In this document: positions 30,802-40,606 of the stretch, in pieces
Position numbering within the stretch: position 1 is the stretch's first letter
Layout: each line of letters begins with the position of its first letter
Notes under the pieces: model-generated
Databases searched by the model: none
Told to the model about the DNA's origin: nothing
Seen by the model: the letters and a program-made list of their open reading frames with translations, nothing else
Translations under genes and position numbers: made by a program
NCBI GenBank assembly: GCA_965228875.1
Contig: OZ245843.1
Span: 4,632,616-4,696,615, forward strand
DNA: 64,000 nucleotides
Reading direction: 5' to 3'
Source of the DNA: Thalassobaculaceae bacterium
GTDB lineage: Bacteria > Pseudomonadota > Alphaproteobacteria > Thalassobaculales > Thalassobaculaceae

Positions 30802-31122
30802 TTATGCCTGCTTCGCCTTTATTCCCTCCCAGACCCCGCGGAAGTCGTAGGTCGGGTAGAACTCGGTGTCGAAGGCGCCCCACGCGCTCTGTTCGATCGC
30901 CAGGTTGACCTCGCGCAGCCGGTGGCCCGGCACCTTCAGGGTAACCACCTGGCCGATGCCCATCATCACGTACCAGGACACCACCTCGATCCCCTCGGGC
31001 GGGAACTTCTGCCAGAACCCCGCCGCATCGAGCTTGGCGTTGATCTCGCCGAGGTTCTTGTCCTTCTGATGCTTCAGCATGACGGTGAGCAGAATCTCGC
31101 CGTCGCCGGCCGGATCGGTCAT
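30802..31122 (-). CDS. Hypothetical protein (possible dimeric alpha+beta barrel)
   Basis: GGAGG RBS, host-like codon usage; 'EVVSWYVMMGIGQVVTL..WGAFDTEFYP'. Confidence 0.75.
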   Translation of the reverse strand: MTDPAGDGEILLTVMLKHQKDKNLGEINAKLDAAGFWQKFPPEGIEVVSWYVMMGIGQVVTLKVPGHRLREVNLAIEQSAWGAFDTEFYPTYDFRGVWEGIKAKQA

Positions 31123-31288
31123 CGCCTCACCTCCCTCTGTGCTCTGTCTACGAGCGGAGTTCCCAAATGGGACGACAGAATGCGTGTCCCGTAAACGGAC
31201 AAATCCGGCTCATGGGTCTATGAGATTGTCTCGCGCGCGCAACGGCTGCGATTGCGCCAACATGACAACCCGCTTGGGAGGACAGGAT

Positions 31289-31582
31289 ATGGCTTTCGGA
31301 TACGTGATCGTTCAGGTCGATGTGCAGGACGCGGAGACGTTCGAGGAGTATCGGGCGCAGGTGCCGGCGACGATCGCCCAGTATGGCGGCGAGTACCTGG
31401 TGCGCGGCGGCAAGTTCGAGAAGCTGGAGGGTGCGGAGCCCCTTGGCCGTATGGTCGTCCTGAAGTTCCCGAGCTACGAGCAGGCCAAGGCCTGGTATCA
31501 CAGCGAGGAGTACAGGGGCCCGATGGCGCTCCGTCACTCCGCCAGCCGTGCCAACGCGATCCTCGTGGAAGGGATCGAATAA
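31289..31582 (+). CDS. DUF1330 family protein
   Basis: 'YGGEYLVRGG..LEG..VVLKFPSYEQAKAWYHSEEY'; GGAGG RBS. Confidence 0.9.
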   Translation: MAFGYVIVQVDVQDAETFEEYRAQVPATIAQYGGEYLVRGGKFEKLEGAEPLGRMVVLKFPSYEQAKAWYHSEEYRGPMALRHSASRANAILVEGIE

Positions 31583-31597
31583 CAGCGGAGTAGACGC

Positions 31598-32782
31598 ATG
31601 CCCCGACAGCCCGGCCGCCAGTTCCTGAACATCCCCGGTCCGACCAATATCCCGGACCGGGTACTGCAGGCGATGCACCGTCCCGCCGTCGACTTCATGA
31701 CGCCGGAATTCTGGGAGGTGCAGCTGGAGTGCAAGGAGAACCTCGCCAGGATCCTGAAAACCGAAGGCGAGATCATGGTCTATGCCGCCTCCGGCCACGG
31801 GTCGTGGGAGGCGGCGATGACCAACACCTGCTCGCCGGGCGACACCATCCTGATGTGCGAGACCGGCCGGTTCTCGGAATCCTGGGGCGAGATGGCCGAG
31901 GCCATGGGGCTCAAGGTCGTCACGCTCGCCAACGACTGGGACCGGGCGTTCGATCCGGCCAGGGTCGAGGAGGCGCTGCGGGCCGACGGGGAACACGCCA
32001 TCCGGGCGGTCTGCGTCGTCCATAACGAGACCTCGACCGGACTGACCCACGACGTCGAAGGCATCGGCAAGGCGATCCGGGCCACCGGCCACCCGGCGCT
32101 GTTCATGGTCGACACCATCTCCTCGCTCGCCTCCATGGATTTCCGCATGGACGACTGGGGGGTCGACGTCGCCGTTGCCGGCTCGCAGAAGGGGCTGATG
32201 CTGCCGGTCGGGCTCGGCATCTCCGGGGTCAGCGAGAAGGCCATGGCGGCGACCGAGACCGCCACCCTGCCGCGCAAATACTTCGACTGGGACGGCATCA
32301 AGGCGCTGGAGAACGGCCGCCTGCGCTTCGCCGGGACCGCGCCGAGCCACCTGTTCTTCGCCATGCGCGAGGGGCTGAAGATGCTGCTGGAGGAGGGGCT
32401 GGAGCATGTCTTCGCCCGCCATGCCCGATTGGCCGAGGCGACCCGACTGGCGGTCCGGGCCTGGGGGCGCGGCAACGGGCCGAGCCTGTTCGGCCGCGAC
32501 GATGCCGCGCTGTCGAACTCGGTGACGGCGGTGCGCATGCCCGACGGGTTCGACGCCGACGCGTTCCGCGGCAAGGTGCTGTCCGAAAGCAACGTGGCTT
32601 TGGGCGGCGGCCTGTCGCGGCTGTCGGGCAAGGTGTTCCGGATCGGCCATCTCGGTGACCTGAACGAGCCGATGATTCTCGGCTGCCTCGCCACGGTGGA
32701 GATGCAGCTCAAGCGCCAGGGCATTCCCCACGGCGACGGCGGCGTCGACGCCGCCCTCGCCTATCTGGCGGAGACACGGTAG
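31598..32782 (+). CDS. Class V PLP aminotransferase (serine/alanine--glyoxylate aminotransferase-like)
   Basis: 'IPGPTNIPDRV', 'VHNETSTG', 'VDTISS', PLP-Lys 'GSQKGLMLP', 'FRIGHLG'. Confidence 0.9.
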   Translation: MPRQPGRQFLNIPGPTNIPDRVLQAMHRPAVDFMTPEFWEVQLECKENLARILKTEGEIMVYAASGHGSWEAAMTNTCSPGDTILMCETGRFSESWGEMAEAMGLKVVTLANDWDRAFDPARVEEALRADGEHAIRAVCVVHNETSTGLTHDVEGIGKAIRATGHPALFMVDTISSLASMDFRMDDWGVDVAVAGSQKGLMLPVGLGISGVSEKAMAATETATLPRKYFDWDGIKALENGRLRFAGTAPSHLFFAMREGLKMLLEEGLEHVFARHARLAEATRLAVRAWGRGNGPSLFGRDDAALSNSVTAVRMPDGFDADAFRGKVLSESNVALGGGLSRLSGKVFRIGHLGDLNEPMILGCLATVEMQLKRQGIPHGDGGVDAALAYLAETR

Positions 32783-32813
32783 GGAGCGGGGCACCCACTC
32801 CGAGCCAGATACC

Positions 32814-32930
32814 CACACTCCCCGGACCTGTTCCGGGGCCCACGCCAGGGCGTGCCCTCTTCCTCGCGGCTTCTCTCGATCGCGGGGTAGGCGCCTGCCC
32901 GCAGGCCCCGGCACAAGGCCGGGGAGTGTG
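32814..32930. repeat. MITE/REP-like element with terminal inverted repeats
   Basis: Ends CACACTCCCCGG...CCGGGGAGTGTG, each end with its own hairpin (CCCCGGACCTGTTCCGGGG; CCCCGGCACAAGGCCGGGG). Confidence 0.72.
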
Positions 32931-33006
32931 TGGGAGGCTGGAATTCCATGGCTTGGCGCGGCGGTAAAGATCGCTAGCATCTCCCTGAACTCACGGGAGA
33001 CCAGGA

Positions 33007-34119
33007 ATGACCGACTACGTGCCGGGTGCCGGCGACGACTGGGCGCGGATCGACGCCTCGGAGGCCGGGGCCGATGCGGCGGCGCTCGACGCGGCGAAGA
33101 CCTTCGCCGTCGAGCACGAGTCCAAGATGAACCGCGACATCGCCAAGGCACTGGAGGGGGGGCATTTCTCCGAGCCGCCGCCGCTGGGCGATATCATCGG
33201 CCCGACCGCGCCGCGCGGCCCGGCCTCGGGCATCGTGCTCAAGGGTGGGAAGATCCTGGCCGAATGGGGGCCGACCGAAAGGGCCGACATCACCTTCTCG
33301 GTGACCAAGTCCTATCTCTCGCTGATGGCCGGCCTGGCGGTCGATGACGGTCTGATCCCCGACGTGCACCAGCCGGTCGGCGCGCTGGTCGACGATGGCG
33401 GCTTCGAGGCCGAGCAGAATCGGACCTGCACCTGGCATCACTTCCTGCAGAACACCTCGGAGTGGGAGGGCACCCTGTTCTCCAAGCCCGACCTGGTGGA
33501 CCGCAACCGCGACCTGTCCCTGCCGCCGGGCACCCCGTCGAAGAAGGGCACGCACCGCGATCTCGCCGCCCCCGGCGGGTTCTGGGAGTACAACGACGTG
33601 CGGGTGAACCGCCTGTCCCTGTCGCTGTTGCGGGTCCACAGGCAGCCGCTGCCGAAGATCCTCAAGTCCCGGATCCTGGACCCGATCGGCGCGTCCGAGA
33701 CCTGGAGCTGGAACGGCTACATCAACTCCTGGGTCGAGGTCGACGACCAGCCGATGCAATCGGTCTCCGGCGGCGCCCATTGGGGCGGCGGGCTGTTCAT
33801 CTCCGCGCGCGACCACGCGAGGGTCGGCCTGCTGATGCAGCGCCGGGGCATGTGGGGCGAGGTGCCGCTGCTGTCGCCCGACTGGGTCGACGCCTGCACC
33901 ACGCCGTGCGAGTTGAACCCGAGCTACGGCTATCTCTGGTGGCTCAACGGCGACGGCCGCCACGTGCCGAGCGCGCCGCGCACCAGCTATTTCGCGATGG
34001 GCGTGGGCTCCAACGTGATCTGGATCGACCCGGTGCACGATCTCGTCGTTGTCCTGCGCTGGATCGACAAGGCCTCGCTGGACGGCTTCGCCAAGCGGCT
34101 GATGAAGGCGCTGGGGTAA
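33007..34119 (+). CDS. Serine hydrolase (beta-lactamase/NylB-like fold)
   Basis: SxxK 'FSVTKS', 'WEYND', 'WGGGLFISARDHARVG', 'YGYLWW'. Confidence 0.88.
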   Translation: MTDYVPGAGDDWARIDASEAGADAAALDAAKTFAVEHESKMNRDIAKALEGGHFSEPPPLGDIIGPTAPRGPASGIVLKGGKILAEWGPTERADITFSVTKSYLSLMAGLAVDDGLIPDVHQPVGALVDDGGFEAEQNRTCTWHHFLQNTSEWEGTLFSKPDLVDRNRDLSLPPGTPSKKGTHRDLAAPGGFWEYNDVRVNRLSLSLLRVHRQPLPKILKSRILDPIGASETWSWNGYINSWVEVDDQPMQSVSGGAHWGGGLFISARDHARVGLLMQRRGMWGEVPLLSPDWVDACTTPCELNPSYGYLWWLNGDGRHVPSAPRTSYFAMGVGSNVIWIDPVHDLVVVLRWIDKASLDGFAKRLMKALG

Positions 34120-34139
34120 GCGTCGGCATTCGGAAAACC

Positions 34140-34174
34140 CGTCATCCCGGACGTCCCCGGACCTGATCCGGGGC
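34140..34174. repeat. Partial REP-like element
   Basis: CGTCATCCCGGAC-GT-CCCCGGACCTGATCCGGGG combines the arms seen at 28528 and 32820. Confidence 0.65.
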
Positions 34175-34185
34175 GTGCCGAGGCG

Positions 34186-34235
34186 TCAGAGCAAATCACG
34201 ATCAGATCGATTCGATTTGATGCGATCGCGCTCTA
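34186..34235. repeat. TAGAG-type palindromic element, copy C
   Basis: Minus strand reads TAGAGCGCGATCGCATCAAATCGAATCGATCTGATCGTGATTTGCTCTGA; similar to 4276-4327. Confidence 0.7.
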
Positions 34236-35606
34236 AATGATTTCGAAATACCGCTCCAGTTCCCAGTCGGTGACGCGGCGGCGGTATTCGCGTTCCTCCC
34301 ACATCCGGCTGGCGGCGAAGTGGTCGACGAAGCCGTCGCCGAACAGCTCGCGCGCGGCCTTGGAGCGCTTGAGCCGTGCCGCCGCCTCGCCGAGCGAACC
34401 GGGCAGCGCCGATTTCGCCGGGAACTTCTTGTCGTAGGCGTTGCCGGTCACCCCATCGCCCGGCTCGATCCGGTTCTCGATTCCCCACAGGCCGGAGCCG
34501 ATCGCCGCCGCCAGGGCGAGATACGGATTGGCGTCGGCCGCGGCCACCCGATACTCGACGCGCTGCGATTTCGGCGAGCCCTCGATGACGCGGAGAGAGG
34601 TGGTGCGGTTGTCGGCCGCCCAGTTGGCGTGGGTCGGCGCCCAGAAACCGGGGATCAGACGGGTATAGGAGTTGATCGTCGACGCGGTCATCGACAGCAG
34701 CTCGGGCATCAGCGCCTGCTGGCCGCCGACGTACCAGCGCATGGTGTCGGACATGCTGTGGGCGCCGTTCGGATCGTGGAACACCGGCGCGCCGCCCCGC
34801 GTGGTCAGCGACGTGTGCAGGTGTCCGGACTGGCCCGGATAGTCCATCGACCACTTGGCCATGAAGGTGGCCATGATGTCGTGCCGCTGGAAGAACACCT
34901 TGGTGAAGGTCTTGAACAGGGCCGCTCGGTCGGCGGCGACCAGCGCGTCGTCCACCTTGATCGCGGCCTCCATCACCCCCGGTCCGGTCTCGGTGTGCAG
35001 ACCCTCCACGGGCATGTCCATCAGCTCGCACATTTCGAGAAACATCAGGTGCAGGTCGGCATGGACCGAGGAGCGGATGCCGGAATAGCCGAAGAAGCCG
35101 GGGGTCAGGGGCTTGAGGTTCCTGTAGCCCTTCTCGCGCACCGAATGCGGGGTCTCGTCGAACAGGAAGAACTCGTACTCGGCGGCCGCCTTGACGGCGA
35201 AACCCATGGCGTCGGCACGGTCGAGCACCCGGCGCAGGGTCCCGCGCGGGCAGACCGCCTCCCACTTGCCGGCGAACTCGCCCAGCACCATCACCATGTC
35301 CGGCTCGAACGCCACGTCGCGGGCGGTGTCGGGCAGCAGGCGGACCTCGGCGTCGGGATAGCCGGTGTGCCAGCCGGTGACCTCCACCGGCGGGTCCTCG
35401 TAGAGCTGGTCGTTGCTGTCCCAGCCCAGCACCACGTCGCAGAATCCGAACCCGCCCTTGAGCGCGCTGGCGAACTTGTCGCGGGCCATCCACTTGGCGC
35501 GGAAGATGCCGTCCACGTCGAACACGCCGACCTTGACGTGGGTCAGCGCCCGTTCGTCCACCAGCGCCAGCACGTCCTCGGCGGTTTTGACCTCACTCGG
35601 CTCCAT
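34233..35606 (-). CDS. Glutamine synthetase family protein (gamma-glutamyl-amine ligase-like, not GlnA)
   Basis: 'DVDGIFRAK', 'EYEFFLF', 'HTETGPGVME', 'FMAKW..PGQSGHLH', 'DNRT', 'RVEYRV..DANPYLA'. Confidence 0.88.
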   Translation of the reverse strand: MEPSEVKTAEDVLALVDERALTHVKVGVFDVDGIFRAKWMARDKFASALKGGFGFCDVVLGWDSNDQLYEDPPVEVTGWHTGYPDAEVRLLPDTARDVAFEPDMVMVLGEFAGKWEAVCPRGTLRRVLDRADAMGFAVKAAAEYEFFLFDETPHSVREKGYRNLKPLTPGFFGYSGIRSSVHADLHLMFLEMCELMDMPVEGLHTETGPGVMEAAIKVDDALVAADRAALFKTFTKVFFQRHDIMATFMAKWSMDYPGQSGHLHTSLTTRGGAPVFHDPNGAHSMSDTMRWYVGGQQALMPELLSMTASTINSYTRLIPGFWAPTHANWAADNRTTSLRVIEGSPKSQRVEYRVAAADANPYLALAAAIGSGLWGIENRIEPGDGVTGNAYDKKFPAKSALPGSLGEAAARLKRSKAARELFGDGFVDHFAASRMWEEREYRRRVTDWELERYFEII

Positions 35607-35695
35607 GCGCCACACTCCCGATACCGTCTGTCTCTGGCGGCACTTTAGCGACAACGAATGGCGGACTGAAAGCCGCCAGTCCAAGGGAGGGAAAG

Positions 35696-36343
35696 ATGGC
35701 GGATCTCGCCGATCGGCTGCTCGGCTGCTATGCGAGCGCGGTGCACGACGTGCTGCGGGCGATGGGCCACGGAAATCAGGTGCTGCCGCCGACCATCCGG
35801 GCGCTCGACCCGACCCGGCGGATCGCCGGCGAGATCTACACGATCTCCGGACATATCGATCAGACCCTGAGCCGGCACGAGACGCTGCTGCGCTGGTCGC
35901 GGGTGCTGTCGCGGGTGCCCGGCGGCAAGGTTCTGGTCTGCCAGCCGAACACCAAGGCGGTGGCGCTCATGGGCGAACTGTCGGCCCAGGCGCTGCGGGT
36001 CAAGGACACCCACGGCTACGTGGTCGACGGCCATTGCCGCGACACCGATTTCATTCTCGACATGGGCTTCCCGGTGTTCTGCGAGTTGAACACCCCGGCC
36101 GACATCGTCGAGCGCTGGACCTACGACGCTCTGGGCGAGCCGATCACCATCGGGACGGTCACCATCCGCTCCGGCGACTGGCTGATCGGCGACCGCGACG
36201 GCGTGGTCATCATCCCGGCCGAGATCGCCGAGGAGGTGGTGGCCGAGACCGAGAAGGTGGTGTCGACCGAGGGCGACATGCGCAAGGCGATCCTCGACGG
36301 CATGGACGCGGAGGAGGCCTATCTCAAGTTCGGCAAGTTCTGA
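35696..36343 (+). CDS. RraA-like / HMG aldolase family protein
   Basis: 'ALMGELSA', 'VVDGHCRD', 'GDWLIGDRDGVVIIP'. Confidence 0.87.
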   Translation: MADLADRLLGCYASAVHDVLRAMGHGNQVLPPTIRALDPTRRIAGEIYTISGHIDQTLSRHETLLRWSRVLSRVPGGKVLVCQPNTKAVALMGELSAQALRVKDTHGYVVDGHCRDTDFILDMGFPVFCELNTPADIVERWTYDALGEPITIGTVTIRSGDWLIGDRDGVVIIPAEIAEEVVAETEKVVSTEGDMRKAILDGMDAEEAYLKFGKF

Positions 36344-36462
36344 CCGGCGCCTTTGAGCGGTGCGTGCCCTCGGGGTAGACTTCACCATGGGGCGGCGGAG
36401 AGCGACCGGCAGGGAGGCGACCTGACGGCATGGGACGGTGTCACATCCCCGGACTGCGCCAC

Positions 36463-36945
36463 ATGCGCGCCGGCGCGCTGCTGCTCCTGATCGGGTTTAC
36501 GCCCGCCCCCGCGGTGGCCGATTTCCTGTGGTTCGGGGCGCCGAAGGAGCGCCGCGTCCTGTCCGTCGTGGTCGAGGACAATGTCCGCGGCGGATGCTGG
36601 CGCGACCGCGCGGCCACCCTGGCGGGGATCGCGCGGACCCTGGACGCCTACGGCATAGCGGTCGACGAGCGGGCGCCGACCAACCTTGTGCTCTACGCCA
36701 TCGGCCATCCCTCTGCGACGGGCCGGCATCCGGATCGCAAGGCGGGGCGGCTGGCCTGCGTCGGCGTGCTCCAGGTCCGGGTGTCCGAACTCGACCTCGG
36801 CGAGGATCGCTCCGTCGCCGTGACCAGCCTGTACGACCAGGAACGGCTTCTGGTCTCCGGACACCTGCTGGACACGGTCATCGATACCCTGGCCCTGGAA
36901 CTGGTCGACAACTTCTCGCGCCGTTTCACGGGGTATTTCGATTGA
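36463..36945 (+). CDS. Hypothetical exported protein
   Basis: Signal-peptide-like 'MRAGALLLLIGFTPAPAVA'; fills the gap between genes. Start 36430 is also possible. Confidence 0.55.
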   Translation: MRAGALLLLIGFTPAPAVADFLWFGAPKERRVLSVVVEDNVRGGCWRDRAATLAGIARTLDAYGIAVDERAPTNLVLYAIGHPSATGRHPDRKAGRLACVGVLQVRVSELDLGEDRSVAVTSLYDQERLLVSGHLLDTVIDTLALELVDNFSRRFTGYFD

Positions 36946-36961
36946 CGGTCCGACGGGTGAC

Positions 36962-37342
36962 CTAACGGATGATCTTCCAGTAGGTGTCCTTCTTGGTCAC
37001 CTTGCCGCCGGAAAACTCCCAGAGGTCGCAGCCGAGATAGGCGAACGGCGCGCCGTCGGCCGGGGTGCCCTTGACCACCCATTCCGAGATCGCCTTGCTG
37101 TCGTCGACGATCCAGTGGCGGATGTCCTCCCACCGCATATCCGGGATCTGGTCGTAGCGGTCGCGCAGGACCTGGCCGATCTCCTCCTTGCCATGGCACA
37201 CCCGACCTTCCGGCGGGGTCGGGCCGCTGGCCATGACCCACACGCAGTCCTCCACGAAATGGGAGAGGATGGCGTCGACGTCGTGTCGGTTGAACCCGTC
37301 CTGGATCTCGTCCAGCAGGTCGATGGTGATCAGCGTGGCCAT
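36962..37342 (-). CDS. SnoaL/NTF2-like protein
   Basis: 'GFNRHDVDAILSHFVEDC', 'GCDLWEF..KVTKKDTYWK'; GGAGAAGGG RBS. Confidence 0.87.
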   Translation of the reverse strand: MATLITIDLLDEIQDGFNRHDVDAILSHFVEDCVWVMASGPTPPEGRVCHGKEEIGQVLRDRYDQIPDMRWEDIRHWIVDDSKAISEWVVKGTPADGAPFAYLGCDLWEFSGGKVTKKDTYWKIIR

Positions 37343-37367
37343 TCCCGTTCCCCTTCTCCGGTTCTCG

Positions 37368-38288
37368 TCAACGCCGTCCGATGTCTTTCGAATCGAAGGG
37401 CGTGGTCTGGTAGATCTCGTTGATCCAGTTGCCGAACAGCAGGTGCGCCTGGCTGCGCCAGCGGTTTTCCGGCGGCTGCGCCGGGTCGTCGTTCGGGAAG
37501 TAGTTGTGCGGCACCTCGATCGGCGTGCCGGCGTCGACGTCGCGGAAATACTCCTCTCCGAGCGACAGGGAATCGTATTCGATGTGGTTGAACATGTGCA
37601 GCGACCGGCACTTCGGGTCGTCCAGCAGGCACAGCCCCGTCTCGTCGGACTCGACCAGCACCTCCATCCCGCTCTCCGGCGGGATGTCCTCCTTTCGGAC
37701 CTCGGTCCAGCGGGAGACCGGAATGACGAAATTGTCGGAGAACCCACGCAGGTACCGCGAGGCCGAGTCGAGGCTGCGGTGGCGGAACACCCCGAAGGCC
37801 TTCTTCGCCAGGTCGTATTTCGGCATGCCGTGAAAATGGTGCACGGCGGCCTGGGCGCCCCAGCAGATGTTGAGGCAGCCATGCACGTTGGTCTGGGTCC
37901 AGTCGAAGATGCGGCGCATCTCGTCCCAGTAGGTGACGTCCTCGAACTCCAGCTTCTCGATCGGCGCGCCGGTGATGATGAAGCCGTCGAACCGCTCCTC
38001 CTTCACCTCCTCCCAGGGCCGGTAGAACGAGATGATATGGTCGCTCGGCGTGTTGCGGGCAACGTGGTGGGTGATCTTCACCAGCGAGAGCTCGACCTGC
38101 AGCGGCGTCGCGCCGAGCAATCGGGCGAACTGGGTTTCGGTGCGGATCTTGTTCGGCATCAGGTTGAGGAGACCGATGCGCATCGGCCGGATGTCCTGGC
38201 GGATGGCGGTCGTCTCGTCCATCACCATGACCCCCTCCGCCTCGAGCTGGGCCCGGGCGGGGAGGTCGTCGTGGATCTTGATCGGCAT
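37368..38288 (-). CDS. metA: Homoserine O-acyltransferase MetA, probably acetyl-specific
   Basis: 'MPIKI', '[14 protein letters not shown]', 'ITGAPIE', catalytic 'ICWGAQAA', 'NHIEYD', '[14 protein letters not shown]'. Confidence 0.96.
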   Translation of the reverse strand: MPIKIHDDLPARAQLEAEGVMVMDETTAIRQDIRPMRIGLLNLMPNKIRTETQFARLLGATPLQVELSLVKITHHVARNTPSDHIISFYRPWEEVKEERFDGFIITGAPIEKLEFEDVTYWDEMRRIFDWTQTNVHGCLNICWGAQAAVHHFHGMPKYDLAKKAFGVFRHRSLDSASRYLRGFSDNFVIPVSRWTEVRKEDIPPESGMEVLVESDETGLCLLDDPKCRSLHMFNHIEYDSLSLGEEYFRDVDAGTPIEVPHNYFPNDDPAQPPENRWRSQAHLLFGNWINEIYQTTPFDSKDIGRR

Positions 38289-38344
38289 CAGCGGTCCCCG
38301 CTCGCGACGGGCGACAGCCATGCAGATGTCGAGTCGGTCACTCT

Positions 38345-39577
38345 CTAACTCCGTTCCGTATTCCGTCCGCGCACCGGCACGCCGAACTCGCGGTGGCAGA
38401 TCTCGGCAAGTTTAGCCACACCCTCGCGGATGGTGTCGGCCGGCGGGTTGGCGAAACAGATGCGGATGCGGCGCCGGCCGGCCTCGGCGTCGGCCGACCA
38501 CTCCGCCCCCGGGTTCACCGCGACGCCTTCGGCGGCCGCCACCTGGGCGAGCCGCGTAGTATCGACCTCCGCGGGCAGCGTAACCCACAAAAAAATCCCG
38601 CCGGATGGCTTCGCGAACTCCGCCGCCGTCCCGAACTCGGCCTCCAGCGCCTCGACCAGCGCCTCCGCCTTGCCCTTCAGGATCGCGTTCAGGGCGTCCA
38701 CGTGGCCGTCGAAATCCTTGGCGAACTCGGCCAGCAGCATCTGCTCGACGGCACCGGTCCCGCCATCGGTCTTCAGCGGCACGATGCGGCTCAACACCGG
38801 CCAGTCGGCGACGACGTAGCCGACCCGAAGCGCCGGGGCGATCGATTTGGAGAACGACCCGCAGTAGACCACGCGACCGCTGTCGTCGAGCGCCCGGATC
38901 GCCGGCGGCCGCTTGCCGGCATGGGGGCCGTCGAAGATCAGGTCGCAGTAGCAGTCGTCCTCGAAGATGGCGATGCCGTGCGTCTCGGCCAGCTTCAGCA
39001 TCTGGTGCCGGCGCTCGAGCGAGAGCACGGTGCCGGTCGGGTTCTGCACGGTCGGGATGGTGTAGATGAACTTCACCCGCTTGCCGGCGGCCTTCAGGCT
39101 GTCCAGGGTCTCGGCCAGGGCGTCCATCCGCATGCCGTCCTGGTCGACCGGGACGCCGACATACTCGACGCCGAGCTTCTTCAGCTTGGTCATCGCCCCG
39201 CCGTAGCAGGCCTCCTCGATGACCACGGTGTCGCCGGCCTCCAGGAATGCCTTGTTCACGAGGTCCATCGCCTGCAGCGACCCGCCGGTGATGAGCACCT
39301 CGTCCGCGTCGGTCTTCATGCCGGCGCGACGCTCCAGGATGCCGGCGACCGCCTCGCGCAGCGGGCGGTAGCCCTGGGGGCCGCTCTGAAGCCCGTAGGT
39401 CGCGAGCGTGTCGCCCTCGCGCAGCAGTGCCCGGCTGACCGCGTCGGCCAGGGTCTGGACCGGGATGCTCGCCCCGTCATTGTGGCCGCCGACGAAGTTG
39501 TACTGCGGAAACCCGCCGAACTTGCCGGCGGCCGGCGGCAGCGTGCTGTTCAGAAGCGGGGCGAAATCGAAAGGCAT
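38345..39577 (-). CDS. Class I PLP-dependent aminotransferase (MocR-catalytic/Aro8-like, no HTH)
   Basis: '[11 protein letters not shown]', 'FEDDCY', PLP-Lys '[15 protein letters not shown]', 'GGIFLW'. Confidence 0.9.
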   Translation of the reverse strand: MPFDFAPLLNSTLPPAAGKFGGFPQYNFVGGHNDGASIPVQTLADAVSRALLREGDTLATYGLQSGPQGYRPLREAVAGILERRAGMKTDADEVLITGGSLQAMDLVNKAFLEAGDTVVIEEACYGGAMTKLKKLGVEYVGVPVDQDGMRMDALAETLDSLKAAGKRVKFIYTIPTVQNPTGTVLSLERRHQMLKLAETHGIAIFEDDCYCDLIFDGPHAGKRPPAIRALDDSGRVVYCGSFSKSIAPALRVGYVVADWPVLSRIVPLKTDGGTGAVEQMLLAEFAKDFDGHVDALNAILKGKAEALVEALEAEFGTAAEFAKPSGGIFLWVTLPAEVDTTRLAQVAAAEGVAVNPGAEWSADAEAGRRRIRICFANPPADTIREGVAKLAEICHREFGVPVRGRNTERS

Positions 39578-39613
39578 TGGTTCCCTCCTGGGGCGTTGCG
39601 TTCTGATCTGTTT

Positions 39614-40402
39614 TTATTTGCTGGTGAAGCTGCCGCCGCGCGAGCCTTGACCGCCGTCAACGGTGACCACCTGACCGCTGAAATAGCTTGCCCGGTCGCT
39701 GACCAGGAAGGCGACCGTGTCCGCCACCTCCGGCACGGTGGCCGCGCGCTGCATCGGCATGCCGGACATGTAGCTCTGCCAGGTGTCCTCCGAGCCGCCG
39801 TCCTGCACCGCGCGCGCCTTCAGCAGCCCGACCAGCCGCTCGGTCTGGACCGGACCGGGGCTGACGGCGAAGACCCGCACCCCGACCTCCAGGCTGACGC
39901 CGCCGATCGCCTTGGTGAAGGCGTTCAGCCCGGCATTGCCGGTGGTGCCGGCGACATAGTTGAAGTCGGTCTTGTCTGCGGCCAGCCCGGTGACGTTGCA
40001 GATCACGCCGTGGCCGCGCTCCCGCATCGCGGCGAAGAAGCGCCGGGTCATGTTGATGTAGCCGAAGACCTTCAGTTCCCAGGCGTCGCGCCAACGCTCC
40101 TCGGTCATCGCCTCGACGTCGCCGGCGGGAATGGCGCCGGCGTTGTTGACCAGGATGTCCGGGATGCCGGCTTCAGCAAGGGTGTCGATCGATCCGGCGG
40201 CGGTGATATCGCAGGCATGAACGGCGACGGTCACGCCATGGGCGTCGCGGAGTTCCGCCGCCGCCCGTTCGAGCTGGTCGCCGGAACGCGCCGCGAGCCG
40301 CAGGTTGCAGCCTTCGGCCGCGAGACTCTCGGCGACGCCGCGCCCGATACCCTTGGACGCGCCCGTGATGAGCGCGGTCTTTCCCTGGAGCCCCAGATCC
40401 AT
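39614..40402 (-). CDS. Short-chain dehydrogenase/reductase
   Basis: 'ITGASKGIG', 'LVNNAG', 'VSPGPVQTER', 'SGQVVTVDGG'; atypical YxxxxxxN active-site region. Confidence 0.9.
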   Translation of the reverse strand: MDLGLQGKTALITGASKGIGRGVAESLAAEGCNLRLAARSGDQLERAAAELRDAHGVTVAVHACDITAAGSIDTLAEAGIPDILVNNAGAIPAGDVEAMTEERWRDAWELKVFGYINMTRRFFAAMRERGHGVICNVTGLAADKTDFNYVAGTTGNAGLNAFTKAIGGVSLEVGVRVFAVSPGPVQTERLVGLLKARAVQDGGSEDTWQSYMSGMPMQRAATVPEVADTVAFLVSDRASYFSGQVVTVDGGQGSRGGSFTSK

Positions 40403-40606
40403 GCGTGCCTCCCCGGCCGGTTTCTTGTCGATTGGGCGGCAAGAATGGCAAACCGTGGCGGGGCTGATAAGCGCCGATCTGCGGCGAGTGTCCGGGGAAC
40501 CGGAAAATGCCGTGGGATCCTGCCGCGATTCTGGCCGGGCACGCCTTTGTGTCGCCCGATCTCCGGGCCAGGGTGGCGACGTCCGAAACCGGGGAGGGAG
40601 CCTCCG

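Noticed and set aside
33007..34119. AmpC beta-lactamase resistance gene
   Set aside because: Has SxxK but no signal peptide or KTG motif; better described as a generic serine hydrolase.
38289..38344. SAM riboswitch upstream of metA, or a fifth TAGAG element at the aminotransferase stop
   Set aside because: The gap is only 56 bp with no recognisable SAM-II/SAM-SAH core. TAGAG is present but lacks the inner palindrome and matching end.
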